Counted from the stretch's first letter, positions 42,653-53,180 are shown. The stretch is 64,000 nt of DNA from an uncultured delta proteobacterium (GCA_963785725.1 CAWAWS010000039.1:544001-608000), one strand, 5' to 3'. Notes: generated by a model from the sequence alone, not told the origin. Translations and numbers: made by a program.

Positions 42653-44542
42653 ATGGAGCCGCTCGCGGTCTGGACGCTCGTCGCGGCGGCGGTCGCGGCG
42701 CTGCTGCGCCGATCGCGCTCGCCGGCCAGCCTGCTCGTCGCCGCCGCCCTCGTCGCCGCGACCGCCGCCGGCCAGGCGCGGGTCGCCGCCCGTCGCGCCG
42801 TCGCCGCCGAGCGCAACGCGCAGCTCACCGCCACGGTCCCGCAAGCGCGCGCCGACGCCGCGCGCGGCTACGTCACGTCCGACGCCTGCGCCGCCTGCCA
42901 CCCGAGCGAATACGCCAGCTGGCACCGCAGCTACCACCGCACGATGACCCAGCCCGCCAGCGCGCACGCGACCTTGGCGCCCTTCGCCGGCGAGACGCTC
43001 ACCGCCGACGACGGCCGCCGTTACCGACTGCAGCGCCGCGGCGACGACTTGTGGGCCGACATCGCGGCCGGCAGCGGCGTCGTCAGTCGCCGGCTCGGCC
43101 TCATGACCGGCTCGCACCACATGCAGGCCTATTGGCTACCCGGCGACGAAGGCAACGAACAGATCGAATTTCCCTTCACCTACCTATTGGACGATCGGCG
43201 TTGGGTCTCGCGCCGCGACGTCTTCTTGGTCGGCCAGGACTATTCGAAGGCGCCCTCGCAGTGGAATCGCATCTGCATCGAATGCCACGTCACCGGCGGT
43301 CAGCCGCGCATCGATCGCGTCAGCGACGTGCCGGCCAGCCGCGCCGTCGAGCTCGGCATCGCCTGCGAAGCCTGCCACGGTCCCGCGTCCGCGCACGTGA
43401 GCGCCAATCGCAATCCCTGGCGCCGCTTGCGCTTGCATACGAGCGGCGCCGCCGACGACACGATCGTCAATCCGGCGCGCCTGCCGCCGGCGCGCCTGTC
43501 GGAAGTGTGCGGTCAATGTCACGGCATCGGCTGCCCGCCGCAAGAATGGACGCAAGACGGGATCGCTTATCGTCCCGGGCAAACGCTGAAGGACACGAAG
43601 CCCATTCTACAGCTGGCGACCCTGGCGCAGAGCAACTGCCGGCGACAAATTGCCGCAGACGCCACGTTCGGCAGCAGTCGCTATTGGAGTGACGGCATGG
43701 TCCGCGTCTCTGGCCGCGAGTACAACGGCTTGATCGGCTCGCCCTGTTATCAGCGCGGCAAGTTGTCCTGCATCTCCTGCCATTCGATGCACGATAGCGA
43801 TCCCGATAAGCAGCTCATTGCCGAGCTCGACGGCAATCTGGCGTGCACGCAATGTCACCGCGATAAGGCGGCCAACGTCTCCGCGCATACGCACCATCGC
43901 GCCGATTCGTCGGGATCGTCGTGTTACAACTGCCATATGCCGCACACGACGTATGGCCTCCTGCGCGCCATGCGGAGCCATCAGATCAGCGTGCCGCGCG
44001 TGCAGGCGACGCTGGCGACGGGACGGCCGAACGCCTGCAACGGCTGCCATCTCGACCGCTCGCTCGGCTGGACCGCCAACGCGCTGCAGCGCTGGTACGG
44101 CGCGCCGTTACCGTCGCTGACGGCCGAGCAGCAGACATTGTCGCAGACGCTGCTCGACGTCGCGCGCGGCGAGCCGGGCGTGCGCGCGCTGGCGGCGTGG
44201 AGCCTCGGCTGGGACGCGGCGCGCGCGGCCTCGCCCGGCGATTGGATGGCGCCGCTGTTGATCGAGCTGCTCGACGACGAGTATTCCGCCGTCCGTTATA
44301 ACGCTTATCGTTCGCTGCGAAAAATAACCGGTTTCGCCGACTTCGAATATGACTACGTCGCGCCCGAGGAGGCGCGTTGGCAGGCGCAAGCGTCGGCGCG
44401 CCAACGCCTGTCGCGCCCGGCGAATCCGCCGGCCAATCGCCCGGAGCTGCTCTTCTCCGTCGACGGCCACTTTCAGCGCGGCGAGCTCGAGCGCCTCATG
44501 TCCGAACGCCCCGAAGACGACGAAATGTTCCTCGCCGAATGA
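42653..44542 (+). CDS. membrane-anchored octaheme c-type cytochrome with C-terminal HEAT-like repeat
   Basis: CAACH, CIECH, CEACH, CGQCH, CISCH, CTQCH, CYNCH, CNGCH. Confidence 0.9.
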   Translation: MEPLAVWTLVAAAVAALLRRSRSPASLLVAAALVAATAAGQARVAARRAVAAERNAQLTATVPQARADAARGYVTSDACAACHPSEYASWHRSYHRTMTQPASAHATLAPFAGETLTADDGRRYRLQRRGDDLWADIAAGSGVVSRRLGLMTGSHHMQAYWLPGDEGNEQIEFPFTYLLDDRRWVSRRDVFLVGQDYSKAPSQWNRICIECHVTGGQPRIDRVSDVPASRAVELGIACEACHGPASAHVSANRNPWRRLRLHTSGAADDTIVNPARLPPARLSEVCGQCHGIGCPPQEWTQDGIAYRPGQTLKDTKPILQLATLAQSNCRRQIAADATFGSSRYWSDGMVRVSGREYNGLIGSPCYQRGKLSCISCHSMHDSDPDKQLIAELDGNLACTQCHRDKAANVSAHTHHRADSSGSSCYNCHMPHTTYGLLRAMRSHQISVPRVQATLATGRPNACNGCHLDRSLGWTANALQRWYGAPLPSLTAEQQTLSQTLLDVARGEPGVRALAAWSLGWDAARAASPGDWMAPLLIELLDDEYSAVRYNAYRSLRKITGFADFEYDYVAPEEARWQAQASARQRLSRPANPPANRPELLFSVDGHFQRGELERLMSERPEDDEMFLAE

Positions 44543-44563
44543 CCCGCGCCCCGAAATACCGCG

Positions 44564-45034
44564 ATGAATAGCGTGCCGGCCGCGAACGATCGGAGCGCGT
44601 CCGATCGGCGTCTGCAGCTGCGTCATCTGCGCGCCGGCTGCTTGACGCTCTTCTTCTTCGCGACCTTGGGCACGCTGCTCGAGCTGCTGCATGCGCTCAA
44701 GCTGCCGTGGTATCTCGGCGTCGCCAGCGAGACCCGCCGCTTCATGTGGACGCTGGCGCACGCGCATGGCGCCGGCCTCGGCCTCTTGAACCTGGCACTG
44801 GCGGCGGTCTGTCCGCTGTTGCCGCGCCCGCTGCCGGCCTCGGCATCGACGGCGCTGGTGGCCGGCACGATCTTGGTGCCGGGCGGCTTTCTCGTCGGCG
44901 GCTGCTTCGTCCACGGCGGCGACCCGGGCTTGGGCGCCAGCTTGATTCCGCCGGGCGCGCTGCTCGTCATTTACGCGCTGGCGCAGGCCACGCGCGCGGC
45001 GCTCGCTCGCCGCCCGCCGGACGCGACGAAGTAA
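44564..45034 (+). CDS. four-TM membrane protein with HxH motif
   Basis: WTLAHAHG and hydrophobic helices. Confidence 0.75.
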   Translation: MNSVPAANDRSASDRRLQLRHLRAGCLTLFFFATLGTLLELLHALKLPWYLGVASETRRFMWTLAHAHGAGLGLLNLALAAVCPLLPRPLPASASTALVAGTILVPGGFLVGGCFVHGGDPGLGASLIPPGALLVIYALAQATRAALARRPPDATK

Positions 45035-45123
45035 ACAGTGTCGTCTAGCTGCAGCCGATAATGATCCGTCGCTGGTGCGATCGGTTACAGGGCGGCGCGC
45101 AGGATCGTGATATCCGTCAGAGA

Positions 45124-47691
45124 ATGCGTCGCGCGTCGGCTCTCGTGTCGTTGGCCGTGATGGCCGCGTGGTCGGCGCCGGCGGTCGCTTCCGATCGGCC
45201 GCGTCCGGGCCAGCCCGGCAGCTACGCGACCTATGCGCAGGTCATCGACGACGCCCGCGACCGCGCGCTAAAACAGGTGCTCGCCGTCTACGACGCGGCC
45301 GTGGCGCGCAATCCCAGCGACGACATCGCCGCCGTCGAGCGCTGCCGCCTGCTCGAGGCCGTGCTCGGCCGCGACGAAGAGGACGCGCCGCCGAACGACC
45401 CGCGGCAGGCTTGCCGCGACGGGCTCATCGCGCGCTATCCGCGTTCGCCGAGCGCGCTCTTTTTTCGGCTGGAGCGCGCCTACGGCAAAGAGAGGGTCGA
45501 CCTCCTGACCGACGCGTTGCAGCGGCGCGACATCGACTGGTCCGACAGCGAGCGCGCCGAGCTGCACCGCGAGCTGGCGGTCGCCTACGAGGCGCAGAAG
45601 AACGCCAAAGGCGCCGTCGCCGAGGCGCACTTGGCGTTGGCGATCGATCCCACGATCGATCTGTCGCTCATCATCGGCCGCGAGCTGCTGGCGCAAGGTC
45701 GCACGACGGAGGCGATCGTGCAGCTGTCGCGGCCCGCGTCGTCGCCGAACGCCGGCCATCTCCGCGGCGAGCGCGCGCGGCTGCTTGGTGAGGCGGGCGC
45801 GCCGCTGCGTGGCCTCGCGCTCCTCGAGCCCAGCCACATCGCGTGGCCGCAGTTGGGCCTGCTCTACGAACAGGCGGGCAAGCTCGACCAAGCCGACGCC
45901 GCCTATGCGCAGCTGCCCGAGTCGCCGCGGCACACGGCGTTGGCGCGCGTCGTCCAAAAGGCGCTCGCCGGCAGCGACCCCGGCGCCGCCGATCGCGCCT
46001 ACCAAACGCTGCGCGACATGGGCTGGCGCGCCGATCCTTACGGCGGCTATCGCTTGGCGCTGGCGCGGCGTTTCCCGTCGCTGCCTTGGCGCCGGCGCGA
46101 CGCCGCCGGAGTCGCCGTCTTCCTGTTGGCGATCGTCGCGTTCTTCCTCGCGCCGGCGCTGTGGGTGGTGCCGCTGCACCATTGGTCGCTGTGGCGGCGC
46201 TTGCGGCACACGATGCGCTTGCCGCCGCCGACGCTGGTCACGCGCTGGCGCCTCACGCAGCTGTGGCTCGGCTGCGCGGCGCTGCTGGTCGCGCAGCTCG
46301 TCAGCTACGTCGTCTTCAACTACGCCGATGCCACCGCGCAATGGTGGCGCAGCGCCAACGAGAAGCTGCCGCACGTCACGCAAGAGGTCGCCCGCCTCGG
46401 CCTCAGCGTCGTCTTGGGCGAGGTGGCGCTGCTCGTCTTGCTCGTCGTGCGCCGTCGCGATCTGCGGCTCTTCGGCCCCGGTCGCTGGACGGTGCGCAAG
46501 AGCGTGTCGCGCGCGGCGCTGACCGTCCTCGCCTTCTTCACGATCGCGCTCTTGTGGCTGCTGCTCGTGCGCTGGCGCGGCGCCGCCAGCCCGGCGACGC
46601 TGACGATCGAAGAGCTGGTGCTGGCCCTACGCCAAACCTACGGCCTCGCAGTCGTCGTCCTCCTCATCGTCGTCTTGGGCCCGATCGCCGAGGAGCTCGT
46701 CTTCCGCTCGCTGCTCCTCGACGTGCTGGCGCGCTCGATGCCGTTTTGGGTGGCCAATGCGCTGCAAGCGCTGGTGTTCGCCGCGGCCCACGGCGAGCCG
46801 AAGAAGATGATCTATCTCTTCGGCGTCGGCCTCTTGTGTGGCCTTCTGCGCGCGCGTTCGGGCGGCCTTTTGGCGAGCATCACGTTCCATATGCTCAACA
46901 ACTTGTTCGCCACGATCGCGGCGCTCAACAGCGTCGCCGCGCCCGCGGTCGCGCCGGTGGCGGCGTCGCCGTCTCCGCTCATGACGATGAGCGCCGAGCT
47001 GCAGGCCTGCGTCGACGGCGCGCCCGAGGTCAAGGACGCCAAGCCGCAGACCGCGTTTCCGCCGCCGGTCGTGCTCAACAACGCCGCCTGGCGCATCGCG
47101 CTCGATCCGCAGGCGTCACCGACCTGCTTGCGCGACGCGCTCGACGCCATCGACCGCGCGCTCACCGAGCTGCCCGAACGCGCCGGGCTGCTCGACACCG
47201 AAGCGACCGTGCTCTATCGCCAAGATCGCCTCGATGAAGCGATCGACTTGGAGCGCCTGACGATCGAGCGTTTCAAGGGCAGCGCCGTCCATTACGCGCA
47301 GCTCGGCCGCTTCTTGAGCGCGCGCCGCGAACGCTCGGGCCCGCTCGCGTTCGGCGCCGGCGCGGCCAAAGACGTGCACATCGGCATCGTCGACGTCAGC
47401 GGCGGCCAAGCCTTGCAAGTCGACCTCGGCGCCGGCTTTCCCGACGGCGTCACGCTCTATTATCGCGTCATCGGCGACCACGACCAGCCGAGCCTCTTGC
47501 GCGTGCAGATCGGCCCGCCCACGCAGCGCTCGTTCCGCCTCGAGCCCGATCACGCCGCGCTGCAGCTCGACGCCAAGAAGGTCCGCTTCGAGCTCTTGCT
47601 CATCGACAGCCGCGGCTGCGAAGGCTGCGGGCCTGGTTATTGGTACTGGACGCTGCAATTCCCCAACAAAACCGTCGCCGGCTATCCGTAA
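45124..47691 (+). CDS. CPBP (Abi/CAAX) intramembrane metalloprotease flanked by TPR-like domains
   Basis: EELVFR, FAAAH, FHMLNN. Confidence 0.85.
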   Translation: MRRASALVSLAVMAAWSAPAVASDRPRPGQPGSYATYAQVIDDARDRALKQVLAVYDAAVARNPSDDIAAVERCRLLEAVLGRDEEDAPPNDPRQACRDGLIARYPRSPSALFFRLERAYGKERVDLLTDALQRRDIDWSDSERAELHRELAVAYEAQKNAKGAVAEAHLALAIDPTIDLSLIIGRELLAQGRTTEAIVQLSRPASSPNAGHLRGERARLLGEAGAPLRGLALLEPSHIAWPQLGLLYEQAGKLDQADAAYAQLPESPRHTALARVVQKALAGSDPGAADRAYQTLRDMGWRADPYGGYRLALARRFPSLPWRRRDAAGVAVFLLAIVAFFLAPALWVVPLHHWSLWRRLRHTMRLPPPTLVTRWRLTQLWLGCAALLVAQLVSYVVFNYADATAQWWRSANEKLPHVTQEVARLGLSVVLGEVALLVLLVVRRRDLRLFGPGRWTVRKSVSRAALTVLAFFTIALLWLLLVRWRGAASPATLTIEELVLALRQTYGLAVVVLLIVVLGPIAEELVFRSLLLDVLARSMPFWVANALQALVFAAAHGEPKKMIYLFGVGLLCGLLRARSGGLLASITFHMLNNLFATIAALNSVAAPAVAPVAASPSPLMTMSAELQACVDGAPEVKDAKPQTAFPPPVVLNNAAWRIALDPQASPTCLRDALDAIDRALTELPERAGLLDTEATVLYRQDRLDEAIDLERLTIERFKGSAVHYAQLGRFLSARRERSGPLAFGAGAAKDVHIGIVDVSGGQALQVDLGAGFPDGVTLYYRVIGDHDQPSLLRVQIGPPTQRSFRLEPDHAALQLDAKKVRFELLLIDSRGCEGCGPGYWYWTLQFPNKTVAGYP

Positions 47692-47800
47692 CAAACTAAT
47701 TTCATACAGACTTCATTCGACAAGCGGAACGGGGATTGGGTATCGTCGGCGAACTTGGCCTTCGATCGTCAACGCTACCCATCCTGAACGGAGCATTTCA

Positions 47801-48859
47801 GTGCGTATCAGCTCCCGCATCTATCCGCTCGTGTTGTCCGCCGTCTTCGCCAGCGCCTGCGCTGACGACGGCAAGAAGACGCCCATCACCGACGCCAACT
47901 ACATCACCTGTCCGGCGCCGGGCGAGCTGCCGTTTCGCATGCAATCGACCGGCTTTCAGGTGCCCGCCAACGCCGTCACCGTGATGCTGAACCCGCGCGA
48001 CAAAGACTCGTCCTCGGACACGCTCGGCAATCCCGGCGGCGGCGCCATCGCCAACGTCTTCATCAACGACAAGACCGCGCCGGCGCCGGGCAACCTCGAG
48101 TTCACCGGCTTCAAGCAGCGCACCTTGCCCAACCAAGGCTTCTTCGACAACGCGCTGCCCAACGAGTGGGTCAGCATGTGGACCTACGACGGCACGGCGT
48201 GGGAGCAGATCGGCCGCGTCCAGACCATCGACACCGGCGCCTTCGACGTCACCACCAACGGCTACGCGGGCAACAACTTCCAGCCCATCTACAACATGCT
48301 CGAGGCCGACGGCAGCTGTACCATCAGCTGGAACTACCTCTACGCCGCCGGCACCCAGTTCGTCGTCTTCGACATCGACGGCACCTTGACCTTGAGCGAC
48401 GAGGAGTTCCTCGATCAGCTCGCCGACGAGACCTACGTTCCGAAGCTGATGGGCGGCGCCGTCCAGCTGGTGCAAGCGTGGGTCAAGAAGGGATACCACC
48501 CGATCTACCTGACCGCGCGCGCGCACGACTTCCGCTTCGACACGCGCGCCTGGCTCGACCTCGAGGGCTTCCCGCGCGGCGCCATCATCACGTCGGTCCC
48601 CGGCGACAGCGCGCAGCCGTTCAAGACGTTGTGGATGAAGCGCATGACCGCCACGTTCGGCTGGGACTTCGTGGCCGCCTACGGCAACATGGACACCGAC
48701 ATCGGCGCCTACCAAGCCGTCAACATCCCGAACTCGGAGTTGTTCATCGTCGGTCCTTACGGCGGCGACTTGGGCAGCACGCCCATCCTCAACATGGATT
48801 ACACCGATCACATCAACACGTACGTCGCCGCGCAGCCCAACGCGCCCGCCAAGAACTAA
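47801..48859 (+). CDS. LNS2/lipin-like HAD phosphatase lipoprotein
   Basis: Lipobox ASAC, FDIDGTLT, YLTAR, FK, AAYGNMDTDIGAY. Confidence 0.8.
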   Translation: MRISSRIYPLVLSAVFASACADDGKKTPITDANYITCPAPGELPFRMQSTGFQVPANAVTVMLNPRDKDSSSDTLGNPGGGAIANVFINDKTAPAPGNLEFTGFKQRTLPNQGFFDNALPNEWVSMWTYDGTAWEQIGRVQTIDTGAFDVTTNGYAGNNFQPIYNMLEADGSCTISWNYLYAAGTQFVVFDIDGTLTLSDEEFLDQLADETYVPKLMGGAVQLVQAWVKKGYHPIYLTARAHDFRFDTRAWLDLEGFPRGAIITSVPGDSAQPFKTLWMKRMTATFGWDFVAAYGNMDTDIGAYQAVNIPNSELFIVGPYGGDLGSTPILNMDYTDHINTYVAAQPNAPAKN

Positions 48860-48888
48860 TCTAAGCATATTTAGATCAACATATTTAA

Positions 48889-50352
48889 TCAGTAGAGCCA
48901 GTCGGTGAGGCGGGCGTCGACCTCGAAGCCGGCCAGGAATCGCGCGCCGGCGCCGTCGCCGGGCAGCCGGCCGACGCCGACGAAGCCGCGCAGCCACGGC
49001 ACGACCGACGCCGTGTAGCCGAGCGCGCCGTAGCCGCCGACGTGGCCGTCGCGCGGATCGACGAGCAGCGTGCCGTCGACGTGGTAGCCGCCGACCCAAC
49101 GCCACACGAGCTCGAGCCGCGCCGTCGCGCGCAAGTAGGCGAAGGACGCGCCGCGCGGGCCGTCGCGCAGCGCGGCGCCGGCGGTCAAGACAACGCGCCC
49201 GGCTTCGACGGGATAGCGCGGGTCGACGCCGCCGCGCGCGATGCCGGCGTTGAGCGAGAGATCGCGGCGGCCGTCGAGCGTAAACAGCGTGTTGAAGCCG
49301 GCGATGGGAAACAGCTCGCGGCTCGGCTGCCACACGCGGTCGCCGGGCTGCCGCGCGGCGCCGGCGGCGACGACGGTGACGGCCTGCGGGCGCGTCGGCT
49401 CGGCGGCGGCGTCGGCGGGCAGCGCGCGCAAGTGGGCGTCGATGGCCGCGGCGACGACGGCGAGCGCGGTCAGCGGCACGAGATGGCCGGTGCCGTGCAC
49501 GACGCGCGTCGTGACGGCGACGACGCGGGCGAGCCGCGCCGCCGCCAGCGCGTCGACGCTGGGTGGCACGATGTCGTCGGCGTCGCCCCACACGAGCAGC
49601 GTCGGCGCGCGCACGTGGTCGAGCGCGGCGCTGTTGACGCGCAGCTGCGCCGGCGCCAGAAATGCGCGGTAGTAGCCGACGATGGCGTCGCGGCGGCGGC
49701 AATCGCTCCAATCGGCGGCGATGAGCGCGAGGTCGAGCGGGTCGATCGCCTGACCGCCGTGGGCGACGCGGCGCAGGCCGAGGCCGATGCCGGAGTAGGG
49801 GCCGGCCAGCAGCAGGAACGGCGGCCACAGCGCGTCGAACAGCAGCAAGCGCTCGCCGCGGTTGAGGTCGAGTTCGGCGAGCGGCGCGGCCACGAGCACG
49901 AGGGCTTCCACGCGCGTCCCCAGCTGCGCCGCGAGCCGCGCGGCCATGGCGCCGCCGAGCGAGTGGCCGGCGAGGACGACGCGACCGCCGGGCGCGACGG
50001 CGTCGATGACGTCGACAATCGCCGCCAGCGCCGCCGCGGCGTCGAAGTCGCCGGCAAACGGCGCCTCGCCCAATCCCGGCGCGTCGACGAGCACGCGCGC
50101 GCGACAGGCGGCGAGCGCCGCGTTCACGCCCGCCCAGCTATGCTGCGTCAGGCCGAGCGCGGGCAGGAAGACGATCGGCGCGCGCGTGCTGCCGCAGCCC
50201 GCCGGCGGCGGCAGCACGCGGAAACGCGCGGCGATCGGCGCGTGGGGCGCGGCGGCGCGCGCGAGCGGCACGGCGTAGTAGTCGCCTGCGCGCACCGTCG
50301 GCGCGCAGCCGGCGAGCGCCAACAGCGCCAGAGCAGAGCAAGAATGCCTCAT
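48889..50352 (-). CDS. alpha/beta hydrolase lipoprotein fused to a C-terminal beta-strand-rich domain
   Basis: Lipobox LAGC, GHSLGG, WGDADDIVP, GH. Amphipathic strands ending DWLY. Confidence 0.78.
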   Translation of the reverse strand: MRHSCSALALLALAGCAPTVRAGDYYAVPLARAAAPHAPIAARFRVLPPPAGCGSTRAPIVFLPALGLTQHSWAGVNAALAACRARVLVDAPGLGEAPFAGDFDAAAALAAIVDVIDAVAPGGRVVLAGHSLGGAMAARLAAQLGTRVEALVLVAAPLAELDLNRGERLLLFDALWPPFLLLAGPYSGIGLGLRRVAHGGQAIDPLDLALIAADWSDCRRRDAIVGYYRAFLAPAQLRVNSAALDHVRAPTLLVWGDADDIVPPSVDALAAARLARVVAVTTRVVHGTGHLVPLTALAVVAAAIDAHLRALPADAAAEPTRPQAVTVVAAGAARQPGDRVWQPSRELFPIAGFNTLFTLDGRRDLSLNAGIARGGVDPRYPVEAGRVVLTAGAALRDGPRGASFAYLRATARLELVWRWVGGYHVDGTLLVDPRDGHVGGYGALGYTASVVPWLRGFVGVGRLPGDGAGARFLAGFEVDARLTDWLY

Positions 50353-50392
50353 GAATTCGCAGACGAGGATATAAGCCGCGGCGGCGCTGGCT

Positions 50393-50555
50393 CTAGGGGC
50401 TGTTCTCAATTGGCGGACCGAGCCAAGCGCCGCGAGGAGCCGCGGCTGCGAGGCGCGAAGAGCGAAGCTACTGGGGGTAACTGAGCGATGAGCAACGAAG
50501 CAGACGCGGCCCGCAGCAAGCTTGGCGACGGGAGCTGATTGAGAACAGCCCCTAG
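50393..50555. mobile_element. MITE (non-autonomous IS-derived element)
   Basis: Perfect 18-bp inverted ends CTAGGGGCTGTTCTCAAT / ATTGAGAACAGCCCCTAG, CTAG at both ends, no transposase. Confidence 0.8.
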
Positions 50556-50629
50556 TCGAGCGGACCTCGAGCGCGCGAAGGAGGACGAGCGCGCGAGCTG
50601 CGATTCAGCGGGAAATGGCGAGCGAACGC

Positions 50630-51451
50630 TCAGCCTTTGATGAAGCCGAACAGATCTTCGTTGACCTGATCTTTGAGCGTCGTACACATGCCGTGCGGCG
50701 CGCCTTTGTAGACCTTGAGCGTCGCGTGCTTCACCAGCTTCGCCGACAACAAGGCCGAGTCGGCGATGGGCACGATCTGGTCGTCGTCGCCGTGCAAGAT
50801 CAGCGTCGGCACGGCGATCTTCTTCAGATCCTCGGTCATGTCGGTCTCCGAGAACGCCTTGATGCAGAAGTACGACGCCGGAAAGCCGGCCATCATGCCC
50901 TGCAGCCAGAACGACTCGCGTACGCCTTCGGAGATCTTGGCGTTCGGCCGGTTGTAGCCGTAGAAGGGCAGCGTCAGCTCTTTGAAGAACTGCGCGCGAT
51001 CGGCCTGCACGCTCTTGCGCAGCCCGTCGAAGACCTCCAGCGGCAGGCCGCCCGGATTGGACGCCGTCTTGAGCATGACCGGCGGCACGGCGCCGATGAG
51101 CACGGCCTTGGCGACGCGCTCGTTGCCGTGGCGACCGATGTAGCGCGCGACCTCGCCGCCGCCCGTCGAGTGGCCGACGTGGACGGCCTTCTCGAGACCG
51201 AGGTGCGCGACCAGCTCGGCCAGATCGTCGGCGTAGGTGTCCATGTCGTTGCCGTGCCACGGCTGCGCCGAGCGGCCGTGGCCGCGCCGATCGTGCGCGA
51301 TGCAGCGGAAGCCGCGCGACGCCAAATAGAACATCTGATCTTCGAAGGCGTCGGCGCTGAGCGGCCAGCCGTGGCTGAAGACGACGGGCTGACCTTTGCC
51401 CCAATCGTTGTAATAGAGCTCGGTTCCATCTTTGGTCTTGAACACGCTCAT
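50630..51451 (-). CDS. cpo: non-heme chloroperoxidase / alpha-beta hydrolase
   Basis: [41 protein letters not shown]. Confidence 0.9.
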   Translation of the reverse strand: MSVFKTKDGTELYYNDWGKGQPVVFSHGWPLSADAFEDQMFYLASRGFRCIAHDRRGHGRSAQPWHGNDMDTYADDLAELVAHLGLEKAVHVGHSTGGGEVARYIGRHGNERVAKAVLIGAVPPVMLKTASNPGGLPLEVFDGLRKSVQADRAQFFKELTLPFYGYNRPNAKISEGVRESFWLQGMMAGFPASYFCIKAFSETDMTEDLKKIAVPTLILHGDDDQIVPIADSALLSAKLVKHATLKVYKGAPHGMCTTLKDQVNEDLFGFIKG

Positions 51452-51614
51452 GTTGTTCTCCTGGTTGGAACACGCGGTGCGGACGCGGTCACTGTGGCCG
51501 ATCGCACGCCTCGGCACCAGCTTGCAGATCTGCGGCAACGGGCGGCCGACTCCGTCGCAAATTGGACGTGCGTGCGGCCATTGCGTAGGGCGACGCTGCG
51601 CCGACATTGAGCGG

Positions 51615-51680
51615 ATGCATGATGTCGTGATCGTCGGCGCCGCCGTGGCCGGGCTGAGCGCGGCGGCGCGCGGGCGATAG
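51615..51680 (+). pseudogene. 5' remnant of an FAD-dependent oxidoreductase
   Basis: [21 protein letters not shown]: a Rossmann beta-alpha start only. Confidence 0.55.
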
Positions 51681-51998
51681 TGGCGTAAAAGCGTCAGGTG
51701 GTGATGTCGGTGCGCCTATGTTCGATCGCGCGCAACCAAGCTCGAATGCTCCCCGATTGTTTCCAATCTCTCGTGAGACCCATTCATGAAATGGCGTTCA
51801 TGCGCTCGCGGCATCGCGCAGTCGAACGACGCCGAATCCACGGGCTTCCGTCGCTGAGCCGCCTTTCGGTTGCAGTGATGCCGATTGTCCGCGCTCCTTT
51901 TGTGCATATCGAAGGTACGTTTACCGTCGAGAAACATGGGCGATTTGCGGTCGATTCTGGTTTACAAGCGATATCGGCTGCGGCTTAAGATTCGCGCC

Positions 51999-52208
51999 AT
52001 GACGCGCCTCATGCTCGTGCTCTGCGTTTCGTCGTTCGGCCTCTCCAGCTTCGCGTACGCGAATGGAAAGCAGCCTTCGAAGTCCTCTCATCGACGTCAT
52101 CGCGACGACACGGCCGACAACGCCAAGGACGAGCCGCCCAAGTCGGAGCAGGCGCAGCTCGCCGACAAGATCGCCAACTGCAAGGACGATCCGATCTGCG
52201 GCATGTGA
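51999..52208 (+). CDS. small secreted protein
   Basis: Signal peptide ending AYA, C-terminal CKDDPICGM. Confidence 0.6.
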   Translation: MTRLMLVLCVSSFGLSSFAYANGKQPSKSSHRRHRDDTADNAKDEPPKSEQAQLADKIANCKDDPICGM

Positions 52209-52332
52209 TCTCGGGCGCGCCGCAAGTGCGCGGCATCACTTTGTAAGTTAGCGAAAGTAGTCGGTAAAATTAAATAATTCGATCAGCTGCGGAAGAATCG
52301 CGCTTGCGGTCGTTACATGGCCAAGGCGCAAA

Positions 52333-52923
52333 ATGTACAAGCTGATCGCGATCACGTTCTTATTGGGCGGCTGTGTTTCGCAGCCGCTGTCCAGCACTGA
52401 CCCCGTCGTCGACTTGGCTCCGCCGCTCGTGCCGCCGCAGCCGGGCGTGTACGACGTCAGCGTCGCCGCGGCGACGGGCGACTGCGAGCCGGCGACGGTG
52501 AGCGGCCCGCTCGCGCCGCTGCAGCAGCTCATCGACGTCGACGCCGATCACGGGCTGCGCGTGCAGATGCCCGACGTCGTCGTCGGCAAAGACGCGCTCT
52601 TCGCGACGCGCGCGCTCGATGGCTATCATTGGCAAGAGGCGACCACGCGCTGCGGCGCGCAGGTCACGTACGACGTCACGGCCATCGCGGTCGCGGCCGA
52701 CGCGCTGACGCTCGTGCGCAGCGAGCTGTGGAGCGACACGGCGGCGGCCAGCGCCGGCGCCGACGGCACGTGCGACTACGTGCCGGCGCACGACTGCGGC
52801 AGCAGCGTCACCATTCGCTACCAGCTCGCCGAGCCGTGCGCGCCGCCGTGCGCGCTCACGGTCGCCGACGCGCCGGGGGCCAACGGCTATCCGGCCGTCA
52901 GCTGCGTCTGCGGCGCGCAGTGA
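52333..52923 (+). CDS. cysteine-containing lipoprotein
   Basis: Lipobox LGGC and GC3 bias. Confidence 0.75.
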   Translation: MYKLIAITFLLGGCVSQPLSSTDPVVDLAPPLVPPQPGVYDVSVAAATGDCEPATVSGPLAPLQQLIDVDADHGLRVQMPDVVVGKDALFATRALDGYHWQEATTRCGAQVTYDVTAIAVAADALTLVRSELWSDTAAASAGADGTCDYVPAHDCGSSVTIRYQLAEPCAPPCALTVADAPGANGYPAVSCVCGAQ

Positions 52924-53180
52924 GCCGCGCCATTTGATCGCGGCGTGCCGGCGATTACAATCGCCGCATATCCAACACTGATAAGCATCACGGCAGCTGT
53001 CATTGCGGCAAAGTCCGCGACGCAGACGCTCGCGGTCCAACAGACGACGCCAAGCTGTAGCCAAGCTCGGCGTTGCCCAGCGCGATTGCGGTCAAGGCTT
53101 TTAGTTTTCGCGCGACATGAATCGATATCGGTAGCGACCGCGGCTCGTCGTCGGCCGGGCATCTGCTACGATGACGGACG

